Below, in pieces: positions 26,820 through 39,203 of a DNA stretch of 64,000 nucleotides. The stretch's first letter is position 1. The number at the start of each line of letters is the position of its first letter. The stretch spans positions 8,256,001 through 8,320,000 of the forward strand of contig CM000151.3 of assembly GCA_000004695.1 (NCBI GenBank), given 5' to 3'. This DNA comes from Dictyostelium discoideum (Eukaryota). A program made the translations under genes and the position numbers. The notes under the pieces were generated by a model. The model saw only the letters and a program-made list of their open reading frames with translations. It did not search any database and was not told where the DNA came from.

Positions 26820-27317
26820 AAATAAATAATTAAAATTATATAATTACAATTCTTCTTTACTATTTGCTTTTAAAGTTATTTTAGCACAACCAAAATTTTC
26901 CCATTGTCTTAAAACTTTTTTAGAATCTTTTAATGCTTTTTGACGAGCACCCAATGATGCATGACAACATTGAGCTATAATTTTACCTTTGGTCATACCT
27001 AAATCAGTTCTAATTACAAGTACTTGTTTACAATCACCAATTTCTTCATCATATTCAATTTCATAATCATCATTTTCATCATAATCACCATCTATTGATT
27101 CACTTTCATCATCATCATCATCATCATCATCACCCTCTTTTTCTTCTTTTTCTTTTTCTTTTTGATTATTATTTTCAATTTCTTTAATTTGTTCTACTTC
27201 TTCTTTATTTTTTGTAATTGTTGAACGTTTAAAACATTTTGCTTGGAAATAACCAAGTAAAACACCACTAAATAGTGAAATTATTGAAACTAATAAAATA
27301 TCTTTATTTAATTGCAT
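26560..27317 (-). CDS. pth2: peptidyl-tRNA hydrolase 2 (PTH2/Bit1 family), N-terminal membrane anchor; exons complement(26848..27317) and complement(26560..26722)
   Basis: Exon 1 (..KQVLVIRTDLGMTKGKIIAQCCHASLGA..QWENFGCAKITLKANSKEEL) ends TT|GTAATT. Exon 2 gives VDLRNKAKELGVVSYLVLDSGHTQIPSGSATVLAVGPAPKEAVDAVTKHLKLY*. Colinear with human PTH2. Confidence 0.8.
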
Positions 27318-28557
27318 GACCGAATTAATTTTTTATGTTTCATTTTTTTTTTTTTTTTTTTTTTTTCCCACAATTTTCATTTTTTTTTTTTTTTTTTATT
27401 TTTTTTTTTTTTTTATTTCAAAAAAACTAATTGGCAACAAAAAGGAAATTATTTTAATTTGTATAAAAAAAAAAAAAAATAAAAATAAAAATAAAAAATA
27501 AGAGATTTTAAAAATTGTTTTTATAGAAATTTTGATTTCTTTTAGTAAATTACTTAAAAATTTAAAAATGTAAAGATAATTTTTATTTTTTATTATTTTT
27601 TTTATTTTTTTTTTTTTCAACCTTTTAATAAAAGAGGAACATTTTACAATAAAATAGTTTTTGTAATTAAAAAATAGAAATTAATAGAAAAAAAAAAAAA
27701 ATTATTTCTTATTTTTTTTTTTTTTTATTTTCAATAATCAAATTATTGTTTTTATTTGTGTTTTTTTGTTTTTTTATTTGAAGAAAAAGTAAATTAATTA
27801 ATTGAAAAAACAAAATCTTATTCTTGATCACCCAAACCTAAACACATCAATCAAATAAAATTTATTTCATTGAAATTTTTATTTGTTATTTTTAATCATA
27901 AGGGAGTTAATTTAAAAAGAAAACGAGAAAATGATGATGTAGTGTTTTTGGGGTTCCAATTTTAGGGAAAATTGGAGAGGTTTTTATTATAAAATTGTAA
28001 AAAAAAAAAAAAAAAAATTGGAAAAAATAAAAAAAATAAAAAAAATAAAAAAAAAAAACAAAATTTTTTATTTTCAAATAAATCATTCTATAAATAAAAT
28101 TGAAAAAAAAAAAAAAAAAATAAAATAAAAAAAAAAAAATAAAAAATAAAAAAAGAAAAAAAAAAAAAAAACCAATTCAAATGCGATAAAAAAAAAAAAA
28201 ATATTAACCAAATAATTATTAAAAAATTATTAAAATACCGAAAAATTAATAAAAAAAAAATTAAATAAAAAAAAGAAAGAAAGATATATATATAATAACT
28301 TTTTTATTTATTTATTATTTATTATTTATTTTAATAACTCACAATCAAATATTAATATTAATATTTTCAAAAAAAAAAAAAAAAAAAAACAAAAAACACA
28401 ACTTAAAATTTTTAATGCAAAAAATCAAATAAAAAAAAAAAAAAAAAGAAAGTTATTTATTTATTAAACTATCAAATTTTAAATCTATATATCATTTTTA
28501 TATGACAAATTCGATGTAAGTTATTGATATAAAAACAACAATAGTTTTTTTTATTTA

Positions 28558-28592
<35 letters not shown>

Positions 28593-30224
28593 ATTATTAT
28601 TTTTTTTTTATTATTATTTTTTATTATTATTATTATTATTATTTTTATTTATGTGAAAAACCAATAAAATAATAAAAATTCAATCATTATATATGTGAAG
28701 TTTTAATTTTTATTATAATAATTGAAACATTCCTTAAAAAGAAAATAATTTTTTACAACAACACAAATCTTTAATTTTCAACTAAAATACTGCAACACAC
28801 CCACTCACCAACCACACATAGATTTACTCCAACACAAACACACTATATATACATATACATCAGTATACCTTCTATATAAAGATCTGTTGACATTTTTTTA
28901 TTGTTATTGCATTCAACAAAAAGGTGTGTTGGTTTTTTTTTTGGTTAAATTATTAAAATAAAGTGTAGGGGGTGATTAAAAAAAAAAAAAAAAATAAAAT
29001 AAAAATAAAAAAAATTACCACACCCAACCCACTTTTTCTTTTTTTTTTTTCTATTATATGAATAATTTAGCTCATAAAAAAAAAAAAAAAAAAATAAAAT
29101 AAATAAATTAAAAAAAAAAAATAAAAAAATTAATATATATATAAAAAAAAAAAAAAAGAAAAAAAAAAAACCAACAAAAGACAATATTAAAAAATTAAAG
29201 AAAACTAAAGTTATCATAATAACTATAACTTTTTGAGTTTTAGTTATTCTATATATCAAAAATTTTAAAAATAATCAACTCAATCATTTCAAAATCTCAG
29301 TAAGTTTCACCCCACACACTATTTTAAAAAATTTTAATGCAATTTTATTTATTTTTCACCAAAATGGGATTTACAAAAAAAAAAAAAAAAGAAAAAATCT
29401 ATGTTATTTTAATTAGATTTGTAAATTTGATTTCTTTATTTTTATTTTTATTTTTTTTTTTTTTAATTTTTAAATTTTATTTTTTTTATTTTTTTTTTTT
29501 TTTTAAAGATTTCTCCCGAAATGGAAATTTTTTTTTTTTTATTTTTTTTTTATTTTTTTATTTTTTTCCAGAAAAAAAAGGACTTGTCAAATATTTTACA
29601 TTTTTTAATCTGTGTTTTACCCTATTTTTTACTAAAAGAGACAATAACAATAAAGTTCATATTGTTTTCACGAGTTGTATTTTTTTTAAAAGAGAATTAA
29701 ATTATAAAAAAAAAAAAAAAAAAAAAAAGAAACTTAACGAACTAATTTTTTCAAGAAAATAAAAGAGAAAAAAAAAAAATATTAAAGGTTTTTTTTTTTT
29801 TTTTTTAATTTTGTTTTATTTGAAAAAAAATAGTTAGGTTTCAATTTTTATAATAATATCAATTCGTTCGTTTTTAAAACAAAAAATAAATAAAATAATA
29901 AATTAAAAATAAAATAAAATAAAATAAAATAAAATAAAAAAAAAATAAAAATTATTAAAATTTACACTTTTTGTTGTGTAAAAAAGTATAAATATCACAC
30001 ACCTAGTTTTATAATTATCACAATAATTATTACACTTTTTCTTTTTTTTTCTCACCATACATAACTTAAACATAAATTAAATCTTTTCAAATAATTATTG
30101 TTTTTTTTTTTTTATTCATTTTTTAATTTTTATTTTTTTTGGAACAACTGCAATTATCTTTTAAAAAATTATTTTTTATTTTATTTGCAACTTATTATAA
30201 TAATAAAAATTAAAAATTTAAAAA

Positions 30225-30260
<36 letters not shown>

Positions 30261-30816
30261 ACACTGTTTTTCTTCATTTATACTTACACATAAACCATTG
30301 ACATATTACCACACACAAAAATTCACCACCCTTATTTATTGGTTTTTTTTTTTTTTTTTTTCAAAAATTTTATTTTATTTTATTATTATTTTTTTTTTTT
30401 ATCATTGCAAAAATTTTCACACCAAACTAAAATTTTATTTTATTTTATTTTTTCTTTGTTCTAAAAAATTAATAATAAATAAATAAATAAATAAATAATA
30501 TAAAAAAGGTTTTTTAACTTTTTTTTTTTTTTATTTTTTATTTTTAATTTCAAATACTATAATATTATTATTATTATTACTTTCAACTTTAAAAACTTTT
30601 TATTTTTTTTTTTTTTTATTTTCAATTTTATTAATTTTTAATTAATAAAATTTAATGCATATATAAAACAAAATAATTATCAAAAAAATTAAAAACCTTT
30701 TTAAAAAATCATCATCGTCGTCATCGTCGTCTTCTAATAATAATAATAATAATAATAATAATTTAAATAATAATAATAATAATAATAATATTGAAAATAA
30801 TAATAATAGTAATAAT

Positions 30817-31056
30817 ATGGGAAATTGTTGTTCATCATCCAAACGATCAAACGGATATGATTCAACAGATGATAGAATACTAGAAGAATCATTAGATATT
30901 AAAGGTGGTCATAATAACAATAATCATGGTGGTGGACACCATCATCATCACCATCATCACCACCATCACATTAAAAGAAATTCAAATGGTGGATTATATA
31001 ATAATGAAATGAAATCAATTTCATCTGAAAATAATAATAATAACAATAACAACAAC

Positions 31057-31096
<40 letters not shown>

Positions 31097-32305
31097 GAAA
31101 TTCATTAAAATCATCATCACAACATAAATTATTAGTTGATGAAGAGAAAGAAGATTTAATATCAGCATCAGTTCATCAAAAAGATCCATATGATTTATCA
31201 ACTTCATCAACTTTAACAAATCATAGTAGTACAAATACATTGGTTAGTAGTGGTGTTCAAACAACATCTTCAAGTAGTACAAGTAGTATTGATAATTTAT
31301 TAGATGCAACAACTACAACAACTACAACCACTTCGACAACCAATAATATATCATCACAATCAAAAAATACAGGATCACATTCATATCCACATACACATAC
31401 AAGACAAATGTCAACTGAAAAAGTTGGACCACAATTTAAAACACCAATTACATCAATTCCACATCATATGAGAATGGAAGGTTTTCAAAGAGTAAAGCAT
31501 AACTCTACATCTTCATTGTATATAAAAAGTACATTATCAACACCTGATAATGATGAAATTTTAAGATGTATGGCAAATGCATTATTGTATCATATTGAAA
31601 GAGGTTCACAATTCCCTCAAAAAACTGTTGAAATTTTTAGTGAAGAAAAATATCCAATTACTGTAAGTTTATTAATTATTATTATTATTATTAATTAAAA
31701 ATATTAATTAATTATTATTAAATATTAATTTTCTTTATTTTTTTTTTTTTTTTTTTTAATAATAGAAAAATAAAATTGATTTAAAATCAAATCCAACAGT
31801 TGAAACTATTTATAAATTTATTAGAGATATTTTTAAAGCCGAGAAATTAGATAGTGAATGTGCAATTATGTGTTTAGCTTATATTGAAAGAATAATAACG
31901 TATACTGGTATTACATTAAGTTCAATTAATTGGAGAAGGATAGTTTTATCAGCATTAATTTTGGCATCAAAAGTTTGGGAAGATCAAAGTGTTTGGAATG
32001 TTGATTTCTTACCAGTATTCGATAATTTAACAGCGGCCGATTTAAATTGTCTAGAGAGACAATTCCTTGCAATGTTACAATACAACGTTAGTTTGAACGC
32101 TTCAATCTATGCAAAATACTATTTCGAGTTGAGAAATTTCTCAAAGTTAGACTCCAATCAATTCCCTTTGAAACCGTTGGATAAATCTGGTGTTAGAAGA
32201 TTGGAAGATCATTCAAAGGCTTCGGAATATAGAGTAAAACCATTTAAAAGAAGTGCTAGTGTTGATCAAATTAATCCACCCGAAATTCATACAAGAGCTG
32301 TTATT

Positions 32306-32311
<6 letters not shown>
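30817..32311 (+). CDS. cyclin Y homologue (N-myristoylated MGNCCS start, His- and Asn-tracts, Ser/Thr-rich linker, cyclin box); exons 30817..31662 and 31766..32311
   Basis: MGNCCSSS start. Exon 1 ends ATTACT|GTAAGT, acceptor AATAATAG|AAAAAT (phase 0). The cyclin box SECAIMCLAYIERIITYTGITLSSINWRRIVLSALILASKVWEDQSVWNVDF aligns with human CCNY [52 protein letters not shown]. Confidence 0.85.
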
Positions 32312-32342
<31 letters not shown>

Positions 32343-32369
32343 CAAAATCCAATATGCCAATTCAGATAT

Positions 32370-32403
<34 letters not shown>

Positions 32404-32417
32404 CCAAAAAAAAAAAA

Positions 32418-32448
<31 letters not shown>

Positions 32449-33175
32449 GAACAAATGAAAAGATAAAGTAATATTATAATCTTTTCAATTATTTATGTAA
32501 ATAGAATCAAAAATAAATAATAAATTTAAACTTGTAATTTCAAGTTGAAATTAATAAAAAAAATAAATTATTTTTATTTTGTAAAAAACTATTATTAACT
32601 TGTTTTATTATTTACATTTAATTATTATTATTATTATTATTATTTTTTTTTTTTTTGGATTTATCAAGATCTTAAAATAGTTTTGCTGAATTTATCATTT
32701 TTTTTATTAAATTATTATCAAATTATCTAATATCATCCATCTCATTGGAGCTCCAATATAAATAAATATATAATAATAAAAAAATAACAAATAATTTCAA
32801 GTTTTTTTTTTTTATTAATAATAATAAATTCAGAAAAAACTTTTTTTTTCTTAAATATAATGGAGTCACTTTATTTTTGTTTATGAAAAGTGAAAAAAAA
32901 AAAAAAAACCTTTATTATAATGATTAAACCTGGCTATAGCCCTTGTAAGCCTTGTTAGAAATAAAAAAAAAATTTAAATCTAGATAGTGAGATGATTTAA
33001 AATTATACAATTATTAATTTCCAAATATTGTAATAATAAAAATTGTATAACTATAATATCATCACCACCACCACAACCACCGCCATCAATAACTTATCAA
33101 GTTATATTAAATCATTTTTTTTCAAAAATTATTACCACCATTTAATGAGAATACATTTTTTTTTTTTTCTCACAC

Positions 33176-33216
<41 letters not shown>

Positions 33217-33504
33217 ATTGATACAGTATTTTCATAATAGTATATTTAAAAAAAAAAAAATAATAAAAAGAATATGGAGGTCGGTTGGTATTCACTCAAG
33301 ATGATGTTGAACTTGGTTATACTTTGGTTGGGAAATCAATTGGGACAAATCAAATTTTTTGTAATTTCCTTTTAAATGTTACTCAATCAGATATTATTTA
33401 CACTGTTAGAAGTCCAGCATCCAATACACAAGATATGACAATTAAAGCATTATCTGGAGGAACAAAAGGCGTAACCACTCATCTTGTATTTTTACAAGTT
33501 GGAT

Positions 33505-33540
<36 letters not shown>

Positions 33541-33541
33541 T

Positions 33542-33881
33542 TTATTCACATTCAAAATCTGGTGGGCATCTAACATCATCACAATTGTTGATTGGTACAC
33601 AACACATTTCATCTTTGACAGGATCATATTTACATTCAAATCCTGGTTGACATTTTATATCCTTACATCTTGAATCATAACTTTTTGGTACAACAAATTT
33701 CATCTTTAAATGAATCATATTCACACTCATTACCTATTGGACATTGAACATCTTTACATTTATAATTATTATAATTACTAGATTGATCAATTACACATGA
33801 CCTTTCATTATTTTTAATTTCACAATGATATCCTTGTGGGCAACAAAGTGTTGAACAATCTTTTGATTAAAATAAAATTTA

Positions 33882-33913
<32 letters not shown>

Positions 33914-34206
33914 CATTAATAAATATTTAATTAAAAAATAAAAAATAATAATAATAATAAATTATAATTACCAGTAATTATTGGACCATCTGTATCACAT
34001 ACACATGATCTTTCATTATTTTTTATTTTGCAATGGTACCCAGTGGGACAAGTTAATGTTGAACAATCTGATTAATAGATATTAAAATTAATATTTTGTT
34101 TTTATATATATTTTTTTTTATATAATAAAATTACCTAAAGCTGAAGGTTTCCAGTTATCATTACTATTTGCATTTGAGTGCGGTACATAAAGGAAATATA
34201 ACAATG
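33542..34206 (-). pseudogene. Cys-rich ~24-aa repeat (ecm/psp 'Dicty_CTDC'-like) protein gene, apparently disrupted; candidate exons complement(34135..34206), complement(33972..34067), complement(33542..33859)
   Basis: Two consecutive phase-1 exons each start DCSTL(T)CP(T/Q)GYHC(K/E)IKNNERSCV. The last exon continues KCKDVQCPIGNECEYDSFKDEICC, then needs a +1 shift (TGTTGT-TACC versus intact TGTTGTGTACC in the next repeat) to read VPKSYDSRCKDIKCQPGFECKYDPVKDEMCCVPINNCDDVRCPPDFECE*. No in-frame ATG was found for the 5'-most exon. Confidence 0.4.
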
Positions 34207-34825
34207 CTTTTAAATATAAATTTTCATTCTTTTATTCATCCAATTTATATTAATATATATTATATTATATTTTTTTAAATAATCTATAATTTAACTTACT
34301 CTTTAAAAATTATAATTAATTATTTGTGTAGTAAATATTATATTTAATTTTTTTTTTTTTTTTTTTTTTCTAATCTATCATTTGATTCAATATGTGTTAA
34401 CAGTGGGTGTATTTGTATTCAAATTTGTTTTTTCAACACACTGTGGTAACACTATGATTTATTTGTTTTTTAATCTTTTTTTTTACATTTTTTTTATTCT
34501 TTATTAAATGGGTGTGGTAAATAAAATATAATAATTATAATTATTGTAAGTTGTAAAAAATAAAAAATAAAAAAAAAAAAATGAAAAAGAAAATTTGTTG
34601 ATAGATTAAAAAAAAAAATAAACTATAGTATTAATTAAAAAAGGCGCTTTTTTAATGGAATGACGCAAGTATTAATTGCTTCTTCTTGAGATAAATCTCA
34701 TTTTATTAGTTTGAATTTATAAGGGCCTTTTTAAAGGTAGGTATGGTTATTACAATTTTTTTTTTTTGTTGAGTCGGAAATAAGTATTACAAAAAAAACA
34801 CAAAAATGAAATAATTTCGTAATTC

Positions 34826-34896
34826 GCCGTGATAGTATAGTGGTAGTACATCAGATTGTGGCTCTGTTGACCCTGGTTCGATTCCAGGTCGCGGCA
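34826..34896 (+). tRNA. tRNA-His(GUG): tRNA-His (anticodon GUG)
   Basis: Cloverleaf: acceptor GCCGTGA/TCGCGGC, A box TAGTATAGTGG, anticodon loop TTGTGGC (GTG), T arm CCTGG-TTCGATT-CCAGG, discriminator A. Immediately followed by a CTTTTTTCT Pol III terminator. Confidence 0.9.
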
Positions 34897-34905
34897 CTTT
34901 TTTCT
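34897..34905 (+). terminator. RNA polymerase III oligo-T terminator of the tRNA-His gene
   Basis: CTTTTTTCT directly after the discriminator base. Confidence 0.5.
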
Positions 34906-34935
34906 AATTTTTTCTAATTTTGAAAAATGGACGCA

Positions 34936-34946
34936 GGTTCAATTCC
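34936..34946 (+). promoter_or_regulatory. extra B box (ex-B) 40 bp downstream of the tRNA gene
   Basis: GGTTCAATTCC is a near-copy of the internal B box GGTTCGATTCC. This is the spacing described for the additional B boxes of Dictyostelium tRNA genes. Confidence 0.5.
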
Positions 34947-35534
34947 ATTTTTAATTTTTTGGAATTCCGTTTTTAAATTATAGTTTTGATCAATTTCATA
35001 AAAAATTAAATTCCATACCAAAGCCATAAATGGAATATAGTTAATTAATATAAAAAAAAATTTTTGGAAAAAAAAAAAATATGATTTTTAAAAAATGATA
35101 TGAAACATATTTTGGAAGTGTGGGTGTGTTGAAAAGTGTGTTTCATTGTTTATCATTTTATATTTGTATGTAAAAATATAAAAAAATAAATAATAAAAAA
35201 AAAAATAAAAAATAAAAAAAATCAATTTTTTAAACATTTTTTTTACATGAATATTCTATTTTTTATTTTTTTCAAATATAAAATTATTCTCTCATTTATA
35301 TAACCACACACAAATAATTAATAAAATGAAATCTTTAATATTTTTATAATTTTATATTTAATAAATCGATTTCATTGTATAGATGAAAGTATATTTATAA
35401 AAAAAAATGGTAATTATTATATTTTTATTTTATTTTTTTTATTTTTATTCTTTAATTTTTTATTAATTAAAATTTAAAAAATAAAAAAAAAAGAAATAAT
35501 AATTGAAGAAGATGAAATTAAACCACCATTGAAA

Positions 35535-37100
35535 ATGCAAGATTATAATTCAGATTTAGTAATTAGAAGTTGTTTTAAATTAGATAATGTAAAAATTCAA
35601 GAGTATCAAAATCAAGAAAATTTAAAATTAAATGAAAATAATTCAGAATTTGAAAAAATTCAATCAAAAGATATTAAAGATCATATTATAAATAATTTAG
35701 ATTGGAGATTTTTACATGGTAAATGGAGATGTGTAGATTCATTTTCAGAATATCATGATGATAATTTTAATACATTTGGTGGTTCATTAGGTGAATTCAT
35801 AATGGCATTGCATGTTTTCACTGATAACACAAATCAAATTATTGATTCTGATTCAAAAATTATTTATGAATTAATGTTTAAATTTTTAAAATTAAATCCA
35901 GAGAAATATTTAATTTATCATTCAAATTTTGTAAGATAATTTAAAATTTAAACTTTTTTTTTTTACAAAAGTACTAATTATTAAAATATTATTTTTTAAA
36001 ATTTTTTCCCAAAAATAGAATACATTTGAAAAATTAAAAAAAACAATATTTGGTATTTATCCGGATATGGATGAAAAGTATTTTGATATTTATCATATTA
36101 AAAAACAACATCAATCACAAATACTTGAATTAGTTGTTAGGGATGAATTCATTGGTTGTGAATTTATTAAACAAATTATATTAGGAAATAAAAAAAGTTT
36201 AGGAATTTCACCAAAATCAATTTCACCAATTTTAGTTAAAAATATAATTCAATCATTTTTTAAAATTATTTGGAATGAAAAAGTTAAAATTTCAAATGCA
36301 TTATTTGAAATTGATTTCCATAATGATATGGTCGCAATTTTAAATATTAATATTAATCCACCATTTATAGTAAGTTTTTTAATTATTTTATAATTTTATT
36401 AATTATTATATTATTTTATTAATAATAATTATTTTTTTTGAAAAAAAAAAAAAAAAAAAAAAAGTGTGGTGGACCAGAAATTTATCCAACATTTACTCAA
36501 GAATTATTTAATGATTCTCATATGAATTATATGGTTATTCAAGGGGAACATCAAGTTATAACTGGAATTAGAAAATCATTATCACAATATTTTCATGATG
36601 AATTTCATTGTGATGATCATCATAAAGTTGAACATCGTAATAAGATTGAAATCTCATTTAAAGATTATCTTAATAATTTAAATCTTGTTGCAAATCTTTA
36701 TAAAGAAGTCTCATTAAATCTTTATAAAACATTACCAATTTTTAATGTTACTTTTAATATATTAATACCAGACTCACCACCAAAAATTAATAAACAAGTA
36801 ATTCCAATTGATAATAATAACAATAAAAATATTAGTAATAATACAAATAGTAGTAATAATACAAATAGTAATAATAATAATAATTCAACACCAAATAATT
36901 TACAAGTTAAAAAAAGTAAAGTTCAATCATTTTTCAAGGGAATATTTATTTTTTTAGGTATTGGTGTAACATTTGCTGTAATTATATTTGGATTATTATC
37001 ATATAAAAAGAAAAAAGAAAAATATAGATATCATACAAAATTACAACAAGAAAAAGTTTTCTCTTTAGAAGAAGATATTGAAAATGAATTTGATCTTTAA
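35535..37100 (+). CDS. hypothetical membrane glycoprotein (~460 aa); exons 35535..35930, 36019..36369, 36465..37100
   Basis: Three ORFs (35529.., 36067.., 36438..) join in frame through TTT|GTAAGA..AAATAG|AAT and ATA|GTAAGT..AAAAAG|TGT (both phase 0). TM helix near the C-terminus (GIFIFLGIGVTFAVIIFGLL). The first in-frame ATG is at 35535. Confidence 0.55.
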
Positions 37101-37205
37101 AAAAAAAATAAAATAAAAAAAATAAATAAAAGAAAATAAATTATAAAGCTTAGTTTTTATTATTATTATTATTATTATTTTGACTTTTTTTTTTTTTTTT
37201 TTTTT

Positions 37206-38334
37206 TTATAATGAAGATTTATTTGAAGGTAATATTGAATGTTTAGTTTGGAATGATTGATTTGGTGATAATTTTACAGGAGTATTGATAGTACCAATTT
37301 CAATACAAATCATATTTTGATATTCATTATCACCAAAATCTTCCATTTTCTTTGATTTTTCAATCCATGGATTCCAAACAACAACATCTGGCATACTTTG
37401 ATAATCATAGGTTAGAGTAATTGAAGTTTTACTACCATTATCAATCAATTGTAATGGTTGATAATTCTTTCCAATACTTTGAGTTGGTACAACATTTAAG
37501 TAAACTCTATCAGTTTCATTTGAAATTTGTACTTTATCATTCACCTCTTTAGTTATCTTATGACCATTCATTTTATCTATATACTCTCTACCATCTAAAC
37601 CTAAAACATAAACATTTTCAATATTTGAAATTTGATAATATGTATGAAATGCTAATTGAAATTCTAAAATATTATCATTTGACGATGGTGATGTTGAGGT
37701 GTTTTTGACATCAAATTCTAAATCTAAAAAGTCTGGATGTAAAGTTACACGATAGATTGTATGAAAATTATTAATGGTTTCTTTACCGCTTGTTATATTA
37801 CAATTCCAAACTTTTTCACTATATTCATTATTTCTTAAAAGGAATTCAATTTGAACACTTTGAGTTTTTTCATCAACTAATGCTTTATGAATTTCCCAAT
37901 CACAATTTCTTGCAAAACCATGTGTTTGAATTTTACCATTTCCAAATTGTGGCCATATTAATGGTACTCCACCTCTAATTGCTTTCATATCTTGAAATCC
38001 TGATTTTTCACTCATAAATAAATGTTCAACTGAATTGGTTTTAAATGATGTAATATGTGCACCTAATAATAATAATATTTGTTTTAAAAAAAATAATAAA
38101 AAATAATAATAATAAAAATAATAATAAAAATAAAAATATTAATATTATAATAATATTAATAATAAAAACAATTATTATTATTATTACTATTATAATTTAC
38201 TAACCATGAATATAAATTTCACATGATGATGTTGATGTTTTTAGTACTAATTTTGATAAATCATTATTTCCTTTTAAAACTTGAATGTATTTTCCTTTAT
38301 TCCATAAACTTTGTAATTGTTCTAATGTATACAT
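37206..38334 (-). CDS. glucose-6-phosphate 1-epimerase / aldose-1-epimerase-like (YeaD family); exons complement(38205..38334) and complement(37206..38062)
   Basis: Exon 1 (MYTLEQLQSLWNKGKYIQVLKGNNDLSKLVLKTSTSSCEIYIHG) ends G|GTTAGT. Acceptor TTATTAG|GTGCAC. Exon 2 carries the family motif IRGGVPLIWPQFGNGKIQTHGFARN. Confidence 0.8.
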
Positions 38335-38500
38335 TTTTTTTTGTTTTTTTTTTTTTTGTTTTTTTTTTTTTTTTAAATTAATTTTTGAGGAAATAAATAA
38401 TATTTTTATAGTTATACAATTAATATGAAGTGTTCTTTTTATTTATTTTATTTTTTTTTTTATAAAGCGAAATTAAAAAAAAAAAAATTAAAAAATAAAA

Positions 38501-38534
<34 letters not shown>

Positions 38535-39203
38535 AAATTCATGAATTGGGGTGTGTAAGTTCTAACAAAAAAAATAATTTCCAGAACAATTGAATAAAAA
38601 GAAAAGATAATTTTTTATTTTTATTTTTTTATTTTATATTTTTATCATAAAATAATAATATATATATGTACAAAGAGAAAATTTTTTTTTTTTTTTCAAA
38701 TTATTGTGTTGTTCAAATTATAATAAAAAAAAATAAAAAAATTTAAAAAATAAACAATTCTAAAAAAAATATAAACCATTAAAATTAAAAAATCTAGATT
38801 TTCTTTTTTAAATTTAAACCATTTGTCCCAACTTTAAAAAAAAAATAAAAAAAATCAAGAACAATATGAAATTATGGCCATTTTTTTTTTGTAAAAAAAA
38901 AAAACTAAAGATTTAATCGAAATTGGATTGAAAAAAAAAAAATTTTTAAAATACTTAAAATGATGGCAAAAAAAAGAGTTTTAATTGGTCTTTGTGGTTT
39001 TAATTCATCCAATATATTTTTAACAAAATAAAAAAAAAAAAAAAAACCTCTGATTAACATTCCAATAATATATTTTTCCTATTTTCTTTTCAAATTTATT
39101 TTTTTTTTTTTTTTTTTTTTTTTAAAATTTTATATAATATTATTAATTATTTTTTTTTTTTTTCTTCTTCTGCCTTAAAAAGTAAATACAGTAAATACAA
39201 AAT

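Noticed and set aside
33285-33506. 73-aa plus-strand ORF (the track starts it at TTG) and a 33-aa ATG ORF at 33275 with a hydrophobic N-terminus
   Set aside because: There is no ATG in the long frame and no convincing splice (the candidate intron is only 30 nt). The ORF lies in the 3' flank of the Cys-rich gene and may be a small gene, but support is insufficient.
34700-35500. TRE5/TRE3-type retrotransposon next to the tRNA-His gene
   Set aside because: No repeats, RT/endonuclease ORFs or poly-A-terminated element are present at the usual ~50 bp upstream or ~100 bp downstream positions.
35408-35534. ATG|GTAATT at 35408 as an ATG-only first exon of the 35535 gene
   Set aside because: No acceptor gives an open junction (the downstream frame hits TAA at 35475). 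The first in-frame ATG at 35535 is sufficient.
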